64,000 nt of DNA from Candidatus Levyibacteriota bacterium (GTDB lineage Bacteria; Patescibacteriota; Microgenomatia; Levybacterales; UBA12049): NCBI GenBank assembly GCA_963716145.1, contig OY970292.1:76104-140103 (forward strand), written 5' to 3'. The notes below the pieces were generated by a model that saw only the letters and a list, made by a program, of their open reading frames with translations, was not told the origin of the DNA and did no database searches. Below are positions 41,138 to 48,789 of this stretch, in pieces. Position 1 is the stretch's first letter. Every line of letters starts with the position of its first letter. A program made the translations under genes and the position numbers.

Positions 41138-41701
41138 ATGAGGAATTTTAAGACAGAAGGAATTATCATCAAAAGGCGCAATTATAAAGATTCAGACCGC
41201 ACCTTAACTGTTCTGACTAAGACGCATGGAAAGATCTATGTAAGGGCCGCAGGAGTCCGCAAGATCACAAGTCGTCGAGCGGGCCACATAGAGCTTCTCA
41301 ACCACTCTATTCTTACTCTTTATCAAGGTAATGCTTCTCCTGTTCTAACCGAGGCCGCGACCATTAATAATTTCTCAGGGGTTAAAAATGATTTAGCAAA
41401 TATGGGACTTGCCTTCCACCTTTGTGAGTTGGTAGACGGGCTTTGTCCTGAAAATCAGGAAAATATACGCGCTTTCTTTCTTCTGAAAGAGACATTGGAT
41501 AAGTTATGCAGCACAGAAAATAAAAAAACAATTGTCAATGAATTTGAAGTACAGCTTTTAACAATTCTTGGATACTCAATTAAAGCCAATTTTGTAACTG
41601 CCCCGGAACCCGACCAAACAGGACTCGATAGGCAGAGTTTTATAGAAAACATCTTGGAGCGCAAGCTCAAAAGTCGCAACATCTTCGCAAAACTGCAATA
41701 A
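41138..41701 (+). CDS. recO: DNA repair protein RecO
   Basis: TEGIIIKRRNYKDSDR..LT..HGKI...A.GVRK..SRR.G..E. Confidence 0.9.
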   Translation: MRNFKTEGIIIKRRNYKDSDRTLTVLTKTHGKIYVRAAGVRKITSRRAGHIELLNHSILTLYQGNASPVLTEAATINNFSGVKNDLANMGLAFHLCELVDGLCPENQENIRAFFLLKETLDKLCSTENKKTIVNEFEVQLLTILGYSIKANFVTAPEPDQTGLDRQSFIENILERKLKSRNIFAKLQ

Positions 41702-41723
41702 ATCACAACGCCTTTCTCCTTTT

Positions 41724-41732
41724 TGCTATAAT
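41724..41732 (+). promoter_or_regulatory. Extended -10 (TGcTATAAT), 6 nt before ATG 41739
   Basis: Direct motif match. Confidence 0.7.
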
Positions 41733-41738
41733 ACCCAT

Positions 41739-43091
41739 ATGAGTGATAATTTGATGGAGAAGATCGTAGCGCTTTGCAAGAGGCGGGGATTTATTTTTCA
41801 GGGTTCTGAAATTTATGGTGGGTTAGGAGGAACTTGGGATTACGGACCTGCTGGGGCCTCACTTAAGAAGAATATCATAGATTTATGGTGGAAGGAAATG
41901 GTGCAATTTCGCGACGATGTTGTAGGAGTTGATGCCGCAATTATGATGAATCCTAAAGCTTGGGAAGCCTCAGGGCATGTGGAAGCGTTTACAGATCCGC
42001 TGGTCGAATGTAAGGTTTGTCACAAACGTTTTAGGGCTGATAAACCAGAAGAAATAGAAGCTCACACGAATAGTCATTTAAAAGGAAAAGATTATAAAGA
42101 TTTTATAGATTATGACAAAGTTGGACAAGACAAGCGATACACAGAGCCCATGAATTTCAACCTATTGGTAAAGTCCTATTTAGGAGTAGTGGAAGGAAAA
42201 CAATCTGAAATTTACTTGAGAGGCGAAATCACAAATGGTGTGCATGTAAATTTTAAAAATGTCATGGACTCAACTAGGGTTAAAATACCTTTTGGAATCG
42301 CGCAAGTCGGCAAAGCTTTCCGCAACGAAATAACGCCGGGAAATTTTGTATTCCGCTCCCGCGAATTTGAGCAAATGGAAGTGCAATATTATATTAAGCC
42401 TCAGGAAGCAGAAGGAAAGAAATGGTTTGAATATTGGAAGAAAAATAGAATGGAATGGTATTTGTCGCTTGGAATGAAAAAAGAGAATCTTAGATTCAGA
42501 GATCATGAGCCAAAGGAGCGCGCACATTATGCAAAAATGGCAACAGATATTGAGTATAAGTCTCCCTGGGGATGGCAGGAGTTCATGGGGATTCATCACA
42601 GAGGAGATTGGGATTTGTCTCGTCATCAAAAGTATAGCGGTCAGGACTTGAGCGTTCTTGATCAAGAAACCGGTAAAAGATTCATTCCGTGGGATATTGA
42701 AACGTCAGCAGGAGTAACGCGTTCTTTACTATTTATCTTGGTTGACGCATATCGTGAGGAGAGCAATAGGATTTGGTTGCAGTTAAATCCAAAAATTGCT
42801 CCTTACAAAGTTGCTATTTTCCCCCTTCTTGCAAACAAATCTGATTTGGTTGCTAAAGCAAAAGGGATTTTTGATAACCTTAAAGAAGATTTCATGGTTG
42901 CATTTGATGATAGGGGTAACATTGGTAAGCGCTATTTAGCGCAGGATGAGATTGGTACGCCTTGGTGTGTTACAGTCGATTTCCAAACCCTTGAGGATGA
43001 TACAGTAACTATCAGGTATCGGGATACCACCAAGCAGGAGCGAATGGCGATAAAAGATTTGGCAAGTTATTTTCAAAAGAAACTTGCTTGA
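41739..43091 (+). CDS. glyS: Glycine--tRNA ligase, alpha2 type
   Basis: KRRGF..SEIYGG..WDYGP, GKAFRNEITPGNF.FR.REFEQME, IGKRY..QDEIGTP. Confidence 0.95.
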   Translation: MSDNLMEKIVALCKRRGFIFQGSEIYGGLGGTWDYGPAGASLKKNIIDLWWKEMVQFRDDVVGVDAAIMMNPKAWEASGHVEAFTDPLVECKVCHKRFRADKPEEIEAHTNSHLKGKDYKDFIDYDKVGQDKRYTEPMNFNLLVKSYLGVVEGKQSEIYLRGEITNGVHVNFKNVMDSTRVKIPFGIAQVGKAFRNEITPGNFVFRSREFEQMEVQYYIKPQEAEGKKWFEYWKKNRMEWYLSLGMKKENLRFRDHEPKERAHYAKMATDIEYKSPWGWQEFMGIHHRGDWDLSRHQKYSGQDLSVLDQETGKRFIPWDIETSAGVTRSLLFILVDAYREESNRIWLQLNPKIAPYKVAIFPLLANKSDLVAKAKGIFDNLKEDFMVAFDDRGNIGKRYLAQDEIGTPWCVTVDFQTLEDDTVTIRYRDTTKQERMAIKDLASYFQKKLA

Positions 43092-43107
43092 CCACGTCAA
43101 ACGCGGC

Positions 43108-43137
43108 TTGACAGCAGGAATTAAATTAAAGTATTAT
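43108..43137 (+). promoter_or_regulatory. Putative promoter TTGACA-N18-TATTAT
   Basis: Direct motif match, 8 nt before ATG 43146. Confidence 0.55.
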
Positions 43138-43145
43138 TTAACAAG

Positions 43146-43646
43146 ATGAATTGGTTCAAAAAAAGAAATAATCAAATTATTGCGGGAGTAGTAATTGTTC
43201 TACTTCTTGTAAGTGGATTTTTAATTTTTGGCGGTAAATCCAAATCAAAAGCTCCAGAAACTATCCAGGATCAGTCAGTTCAAAATATTTCGGCTGAAGA
43301 GCTAGGTCTAACGATAACAGCAAAACCTGACAATAAGGCAGTAAAATTTGCTATCTCAAAAGCATCAAGTATAAAATCTATTGAGTATGAAGTTACGTAC
43401 GAAGCTGATTCCACAGCAGCTGAGCAAAGCGAGGGTGGGGAACCTAGGGTGCAGAGAGGGATCACAGGAGACGCAAAGATAGATTCCGGAAAAGGCAGTT
43501 ATGAATCCGATTGGCTCGATCTGGGAAGTTGTTCAAAAAATGTTTGCCGATACGATTCAGGGGTTGAGTCGGTTAACCTTACTCTAAAAATTGTCAAAAA
43601 TGATGGAAAAATTTATCAAGCGGAAAAATCCCTCGACTTAAAGTAA
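43146..43646 (+). CDS. Hypothetical single-TM extracytoplasmic protein
   Basis: N-terminal TM; LGSCS..VCRYD Cys pair. Confidence 0.75.
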   Translation: MNWFKKRNNQIIAGVVIVLLLVSGFLIFGGKSKSKAPETIQDQSVQNISAEELGLTITAKPDNKAVKFAISKASSIKSIEYEVTYEADSTAAEQSEGGEPRVQRGITGDAKIDSGKGSYESDWLDLGSCSKNVCRYDSGVESVNLTLKIVKNDGKIYQAEKSLDLK

Positions 43647-43744
43647 ATCTTCATAATAAAACTCTCTTACGCATTTCTTACAATTAGAACGCTACATTTT
43701 GTAGTTACTCTTGCTCCTGTACACTACGACATCCCAAAATCATG

Positions 43745-43805
43745 TTGACAAGGTGAATTTTTGGGTCCAGAATATATAAATAGGTAAAAGTAGGAAAAAG
43801 TAGGT
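43745..43805 (+). promoter_or_regulatory. dcw promoter (TTGACA-N17-CAGAAT) followed by three 10-bp-spaced TAGG boxes, a probable MraZ operator
   Basis: TAGG at 43781, 43791 and 43801; spacing and position match known MraZ sites upstream of mraZ. Confidence 0.7.
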
Positions 43806-43864
43806 CGTCTGCAAAGCAGACTTCATAGTTTAGAAATTAGAAATAAAATTAGAGAGGCAGGAAT

Positions 43865-44302
43865 ATGTTAATTGGACAGTATGAAAGTAAAATTGGTGAA
43901 AAACATCAAGCAGCATTACCTAAAAAATTCAGGGAGATTCTTGGTGACCGATTAATTATTACAAAGGGGTTTGAAAATTGCTTGATTGTAGTGTCAGTCG
44001 ACAATTGGAAAACTCTTCTGGAAGGAACGGAGGGAAAACCGTTTACGAGTAAAGCAACGCGTGAATTGCAAAGGTTTTTATTGGGAAACGCGACAGACAT
44101 AACGCTTGACAGTAAAGGAAGATTTGTAATACCTGAATATTTAAGAGAATTCGCAAGCATAAAAACTGAAGTAGTCATAGCCGGAATTGAGAGATTTATC
44201 GAGATCTGGGACAAAGGTAAATGGGAAGATCAGCAAAAGGAATTGAGTAAAAACATTGAATCAATCGCAGAAAGGCTGTCCGAAGGAAAGAGTGAATCAT
44301 GA
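43865..44302 (+). CDS. mraZ: Transcriptional regulator MraZ
   Basis: G.Y...., ITKGFENCL, LDSKGRFVIP..LR, IEIWD; precedes rsmH. Confidence 0.93.
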   Translation: MLIGQYESKIGEKHQAALPKKFREILGDRLIITKGFENCLIVVSVDNWKTLLEGTEGKPFTSKATRELQRFLLGNATDITLDSKGRFVIPEYLREFASIKTEVVIAGIERFIEIWDKGKWEDQQKELSKNIESIAERLSEGKSES

Positions 44303-44362
44303 ATAAAGAATTAAGAATTAAGGGAAATTAAACCATAATTCATACTTCATAATTCTTGATTC
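44294..44362. repeat. Palindromic heptamer element: two 30-bp arms (24/30 complementary) around a 9-nt loop
   Basis: GAATCATGAATAAAGAATTAAGAATTAAGG-gaaattaaa-CCATAATTCATACTTCATAATTCTTGATTC. Confidence 0.9.
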
Positions 44363-44371
44363 TAAAAAAAG

Positions 44372-45271
44372 ATGGGTAATACATATCACACGACAGTACT
44401 TTTAGAAGAAACAGTAGATGGTTTAAATGTTAAAGAAGGGAAGAAATATATCGACGCTACATTGGGAGGAGGAGGACACAGTTTTGAGATTTTGAAGCGC
44501 GGAGGGAGAGTATTGGGTTTGGATGCAGATCAAGATGCGCTTGATTTTGTTCAGGAAGAATTAAGAATTAAGAATCAAGAATTAAGGTTTGAAAAGAAAA
44601 ATTTAACCTTAGCAAAGGGAAATTTTAAGGACATTGATAAAATTGCAACAGAATTTGGATTTGAAAAAGTTTTTGGCATTGTTTTTGATCTTGGGGTCTC
44701 GAGCCACCAGCTAGACACTGTGGAAAGAGGGTTTAGTTTTCAAAGCACTGGCCCTTTAGACATGCGGATGGATCGAGATCTTAGCGTCAAAGCTGCGGAT
44801 TTGGTAAATATCCTAACGAAAGGAGAGCTTTATGAGTTATTTAATAAACTGGGTGAGGAGCATTTTGCTCACGCCATATCAGAAAGTATTGTTAGCAGTC
44901 GCCGAGTAAGTCCAATTAAGACGACATCAGAATTGGTAGAAATTGTAAGAAGCGCCGTGCCAAGACTGAAACATAATATTAATCCGGCGACTAAAGTATT
45001 TCAAGCGCTGAGAATTGCGATAAACGATGAGTTTAATAACTTGAAGGAAGCTCTACCAAAAGCACTGGAGTTATTGGATGCACATGGAAGATTAGCCGTA
45101 ATCGCGTTTCATTCACTTGAGGATAGAATAATAAAAAATCAATTTAAAGAATTTGCTGAAATGGGACAGGGAGTCATTATTACAAAAAAACCGATTAGTC
45201 CAAGTTTTGCTGAAATTGAAGGAAACAGGCGCTCAAGAAGCGCAAAATTAAGAATTATTGAAAAGATATAA
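44372..45271 (+). CDS. rsmH: 16S rRNA m4C1402 methyltransferase
   Basis: DATLGGGGHS, DLGVSS.Q, RGFSF, LDMRM, FQALRIA.N.E, FHSLEDR, RSRSAKLR. Confidence 0.96.
   Translation: MGNTYHTTVLLEETVDGLNVKEGKKYIDATLGGGGHSFEILKRGGRVLGLDADQDALDFVQEELRIKNQELRFEKKNLTLAKGNFKDIDKIATEFGFEKVFGIVFDLGVSSHQLDTVERGFSFQSTGPLDMRMDRDLSVKAADLVNILTKGELYELFNKLGEEHFAHAISESIVSSRRVSPIKTTSELVEIVRSAVPRLKHNINPATKVFQALRIAINDEFNNLKEALPKALELLDAHGRLAVIAFHSLEDRIIKNQFKEFAEMGQGVIITKKPISPSFAEIEGNRRSRSAKLRIIEKI
44557..44587 (+). repeat. AGAATTA-type 4-unit array encoding ELRIKNQELR inside rsmH
   Basis: 30/31 nt identical to 33567-33597. Confidence 0.93.
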
Positions 45272-45283
45272 ACTTTTAAAAAT

Positions 45284-45568
45284 ATGAGAAGACCGAGTCA
45301 ATTAATTTTTCTTATTTTTCTGGTTATAGTTGCCTTGGGCATTGTGCGGGTTACTATTGAAAATAGTATTTCAACAACCGGGATTGAATTGGTGAGGCTT
45401 CAAGATAAGTTGTCTGCATATAAAAAAGACAATGAACTGCTTTCGGAAAAATATTTGGAGAACTCATCCCTCCTTAGTATTTCGGCCAAAGCCCGACAAA
45501 AAGGATTCGTGGATTCAAAGAATCAGGTTTATTTATCAGCCCCGTTGCCATTGGCACTCAAGCAATAA
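45284..45568 (+). CDS. ftsL: Probable FtsL-like division protein
   Basis: Short TM plus coiled coil, ARQKGF motif; position between rsmH and ftsI. Confidence 0.65.
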   Translation: MRRPSQLIFLIFLVIVALGIVRVTIENSISTTGIELVRLQDKLSAYKKDNELLSEKYLENSSLLSISAKARQKGFVDSKNQVYLSAPLPLALKQ

Positions 45569-45576
45569 GAGCTTTT

Positions 45577-45585
45577 TGATACAAT
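45577..45585 (+). promoter_or_regulatory. Extended -10 (TGaTACAAT), 6 nt before ftsI ATG
   Basis: Direct motif match. Confidence 0.65.
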
Positions 45586-45591
45586 TAATGT

Positions 45592-47283
45592 ATGAGCTTA
45601 CGTTACAGAATTAGTTTATTGCTTTTTATCATATTTTTTTTCCTAATTACGGCTAGGCTTTTTTATTGGCAAATAGTGCGGGCATCTGAGCTTCAGTTGC
45701 TCGGACAGGCTCAATACGGAAGGCAAATTAACTTACCTGCAACACGCGGGGAAATAAAAACATCCGACAATTTTACAATCGTTGCCAATAAACTCTCTTT
45801 CATTGCTTTTGCCAATCCGAAAGAAATAAAAGATAAGGTAGGTTTGGCTGAAAAATTGGGCTCTCTTCTTGATACTGATCCCGCTTCAATCAGCGCACAG
45901 CTTGCGCTTAACCGTTATTGGGTGCCGCTTAAATCAGATGTTGTAGTTGAAGAAAAGGAGAAAATAGAACCATTAAAATTGCCCGGAGTTGGGTTTCAGG
46001 AGGGAACAACACGCTTTTACCCGGAGGCATCATTGTCAGCAAAGCTTTTGGGTTTCGTGGGCAGAGATGAAAATGGGGGAGATAAGGGGTATTTTGGTCT
46101 GGAGGGATATTATGACAGGCAGTTAAGAGGAAAAGCCGGTCAGGCAGTAGTGATACACGACGCGACAGGCCGCCCAATACTTTCCAAGCTGGATGGAAAT
46201 ACCGGAAAAACTGATGGACGGAGTTTAGTTTTAAATATTGACCGTACGATTCAGTTTATGCTTGACAATACGCTTAAAGATGGAATCGAACAATATGGTG
46301 CCTCAGGCGGTATGGCAGCAGTAATGAATCCCAAAACTGGAGGAATTATTGCAATGTCATCTTTTCCGACTTATGACCCTAGGCATTATGAGGAGTATTC
46401 GGATGATCTTTATAGAAACCCATTCCTCTCCGATACTTATGAGCCCGGATCTACATTTAAGCCTCTTATTATGGCAGCAGCAATTGACGCCAATCTTATA
46501 AAGCCCGAGACAAAGTGTCCTATTTGTGCAGGTCCTGTTTCAATTGGGGGTTATGAGATAGAGACGTGGAATAAGAAATATAATGCCAATGAGTCCATGA
46601 CTGATGTTATTGTGCACTCTGATAATACAGGGATGGTATTTGTGGGAAAATCTTTGGGCTTAGACCGTATGGTCTCATATCTCGAAAAGTTTGGCATAGG
46701 AGATTTGACGGGAATTGATCTTCAGGGAGAGGTGGTTCCCAACGTACGGGAAAAACAGAACTGGTATCCAATTGATCTGGCAACAGCGAGTTTTGGGCAA
46801 GGAATTACAGTAACACCGATTGAGCTTCTCACTGCTTTTTCTTCAATTGCAAACGAGGGAAAAAGAATGGAGCCGCATGTTGTTTCCAAAATTATCACAC
46901 CTGAAGGCGACACTATCCAAATTCCGCCCAAAGTTTTGGGGCAGCCGGTATCAGCGCGGGCTGCTCATGTGATGACTGAAATGATGGTGAATGCAGTTGA
47001 TAATGGTGAGGCAAAATTTGCAAAAGCTTTAACCAAAACTAATGGTTATAGAATTGCCGGTAAAACGGGGACTGCTCAAATTCCGGTTGCCGGGCACTAT
47101 GACCCAACCAAAACAATTGCCTCCTTCATCGGTTTTGCGCCGGCCGATGATCCCAAATTTCTGATGTTGGTTATTATTGATCGGCCAACTAGTTCAATTT
47201 ATGGAGCTGAAACAGCAGCGCCGGTCTTTTTCAAAGTTGCGAAAAATATATTAACTTACTACGGCATCCCGCCGAGTGAGTAA
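45592..47283 (+). CDS. ftsI: Class B penicillin-binding protein (FtsI/PBP3)
   Basis: RGEI, RFYP, GLEGYYD, EPGSTFK (SxxK), SDN (SxN), KTGTAQ. Confidence 0.93.
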   Translation: MSLRYRISLLLFIIFFFLITARLFYWQIVRASELQLLGQAQYGRQINLPATRGEIKTSDNFTIVANKLSFIAFANPKEIKDKVGLAEKLGSLLDTDPASISAQLALNRYWVPLKSDVVVEEKEKIEPLKLPGVGFQEGTTRFYPEASLSAKLLGFVGRDENGGDKGYFGLEGYYDRQLRGKAGQAVVIHDATGRPILSKLDGNTGKTDGRSLVLNIDRTIQFMLDNTLKDGIEQYGASGGMAAVMNPKTGGIIAMSSFPTYDPRHYEEYSDDLYRNPFLSDTYEPGSTFKPLIMAAAIDANLIKPETKCPICAGPVSIGGYEIETWNKKYNANESMTDVIVHSDNTGMVFVGKSLGLDRMVSYLEKFGIGDLTGIDLQGEVVPNVREKQNWYPIDLATASFGQGITVTPIELLTAFSSIANEGKRMEPHVVSKIITPEGDTIQIPPKVLGQPVSARAAHVMTEMMVNAVDNGEAKFAKALTKTNGYRIAGKTGTAQIPVAGHYDPTKTIASFIGFAPADDPKFLMLVIIDRPTSSIYGAETAAPVFFKVAKNILTYYGIPPSE

Positions 47284-47300
47284 TTAAATGAATTTAAATA

Positions 47301-48356
47301 TTAGTTATTTCTAAATCTATAGCCTGTCCCTATTACTGTTTCTATAATATCTATCCCGAGCTTACTGCGTATCCGTCCTATGTGAATATCTACGGCTTTT
47401 TCCTTAGCCTCACCAGCCATTACACTGTCTTGTAACTGAGAACGGCTTAATATTAATCCCGGATTATCATGCAGTCTCAAAATAACTGTGTGCTCAGCTA
47501 TTGTAAGATTGCCTTCGTCATTATTTTGTTTAAACAGTAAGCTATAACGGTAAATTTTGGTATTATTTGGTAGTACTATTGCTTCAGCTGCTATATCATC
47601 AACTTCTCCTAATCTGAAACCAAGTCCCAGCTCAGTAATAATGGTTATGGGATTTTCAGGATCCGGTTCAATTTTGTCACGCAGTTCACCTATACGAACG
47701 TCAATAGTATTCATACTTACAGAATCGAAATATTCTGGAGACCAAGCTTTTCTACCAATCTCCTCACGCGATACTACTCTGCCAACATTGTCAGATAATA
47801 CCATTAGTACATCATGCTCTTTTGGAGGAAGGGTAAATTTTTCACCACGAACAAACAATTCGCGGCTATGGCGGAAGAATTTAATTTCACCAGGTAATTT
47901 TACTGCATCTGATTCATCATGTTCACCTAGTCTATATCCTAAGCCTTTTTCCGTAAAAATAATTGTCGGACTTTGCGGATCCGGTTCAATTTTGTCACGC
48001 AGTTTTTTTATAGCCACCCCTAAAGAACTTTTAGACATAAAACCCTCAGGCCAGGCTACTTCAAGCAGCCTGTCTCTGCTTACAGCCCTACCTCTTCTTC
48101 CTAGTAGTTCCCTAAGCAAGCTGATATCTGTTTTTGATAATTTTTTTCTTTCACCATCTACATAAGCTGTTCCTTCAAGGGGAACATAGCTGACTCTATC
48201 TTTTAAAAGTTCAATTCTTGCCGGTTTTCCCTGTTCTGACTGGGGTTCACCCCTTGAAAAATCCACGATTAATAGTGGTTCGCTTCTATGTGTTGACGTA
48301 GGTATAATTCCTGATTCGACATTTGGCGTTACTCTGGTCACTCGTTCAAAATACAT
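47301..48356 (-). CDS. Protein with three tandem OmpR/PhoB-type winged-helix domains and no receiver domain
   Basis: Three repeats of L...E..LL..L....G..(V/L)SR..L...... ..V.I..LR.K.......I.T..G.GY(F)R. Confidence 0.85.
   Translation of the reverse strand: MYFERVTRVTPNVESGIIPTSTHRSEPLLIVDFSRGEPQSEQGKPARIELLKDRVSYVPLEGTAYVDGERKKLSKTDISLLRELLGRRGRAVSRDRLLEVAWPEGFMSKSSLGVAIKKLRDKIEPDPQSPTIIFTEKGLGYRLGEHDESDAVKLPGEIKFFRHSRELFVRGEKFTLPPKEHDVLMVLSDNVGRVVSREEIGRKAWSPEYFDSVSMNTIDVRIGELRDKIEPDPENPITIITELGLGFRLGEVDDIAAEAIVLPNNTKIYRYSLLFKQNNDEGNLTIAEHTVILRLHDNPGLILSRSQLQDSVMAGEAKEKAVDIHIGRIRSKLGIDIIETVIGTGYRFRNN
47659..48004. repeat. 28-bp perfect direct repeat (47659-47686 and 47977-48004)
   Basis: GGATCCGGTTCAATTTTGTCACGCAGTT twice, 318 bp apart; encodes LRDKIEPDP. 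Confidence 0.95.
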
Positions 48357-48396
48357 AAGAGGGATTTTATCCTATAACCAATTCTAAATCAATATT

Positions 48397-48723
48397 TTAG
48401 ATGATTTTTGATCCGTTGGGGACTTTGGATTTGGGCTTGAGCGGCTGAAGTTTGTCACCGGTAGCAAGAAGCATTCCTTGTGACTCTTCCCCCATAAGTT
48501 TTCGGGGTTCAAGGTTTATAACAAATATAAATTGTTTATTTATCAAGTCAGCCGGTTTGTGATGTAGCTTAATTCCTGAGAGTATATTGCGCGTTCCTTC
48601 ATCTCCAAAATTTACGGTTAATCTCAATAATTTATCTGATCCTTCTTTTTCTACACATTCCATAACGGTTCCGACACGCAAATCAAGTTTGGCAAAATCA
48701 TCAAATTGTACAATTGGTTTCAT
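48397..48723 (-). CDS. tRNA-binding OB-fold protein (MetRS C-terminal/CsaA/Trbp111-like)
   Basis: FDDFAKLDLRVG, SDKLL, NLEPRKLMGEESQGMLLA. Confidence 0.9.
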   Translation of the reverse strand: MKPIVQFDDFAKLDLRVGTVMECVEKEGSDKLLRLTVNFGDEGTRNILSGIKLHHKPADLINKQFIFVINLEPRKLMGEESQGMLLATGDKLQPLKPKSKVPNGSKII

Positions 48724-48729
48724 TTAGAT

Positions 48730-48738
48730 ATTTTAACA
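48730..48738 (-). promoter_or_regulatory. Extended -10 (TGtTAAAAT), 6 nt before ATG 48723
   Basis: Reverse-complement motif match. Confidence 0.65.
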
Positions 48739-48789
48739 CAAAATTTAGAATTATGTCCTTGATTTTTGCTATACTATCGGTACAGCAAT

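Noticed and set aside
43689-43705. CTACA-TTT-TGTAG palindrome resembling an NrdR-like box or ncRNA in the 218-bp gap before mraZ
   Set aside because: Single short copy, no nrd gene nearby and no recognisable RNA fold.
47557-48165. 202-aa plus-strand ORF with internal repeat
   Set aside because: Antisense shadow of the triple-wHTH gene; Ser-rich, TTG start, no family motifs.
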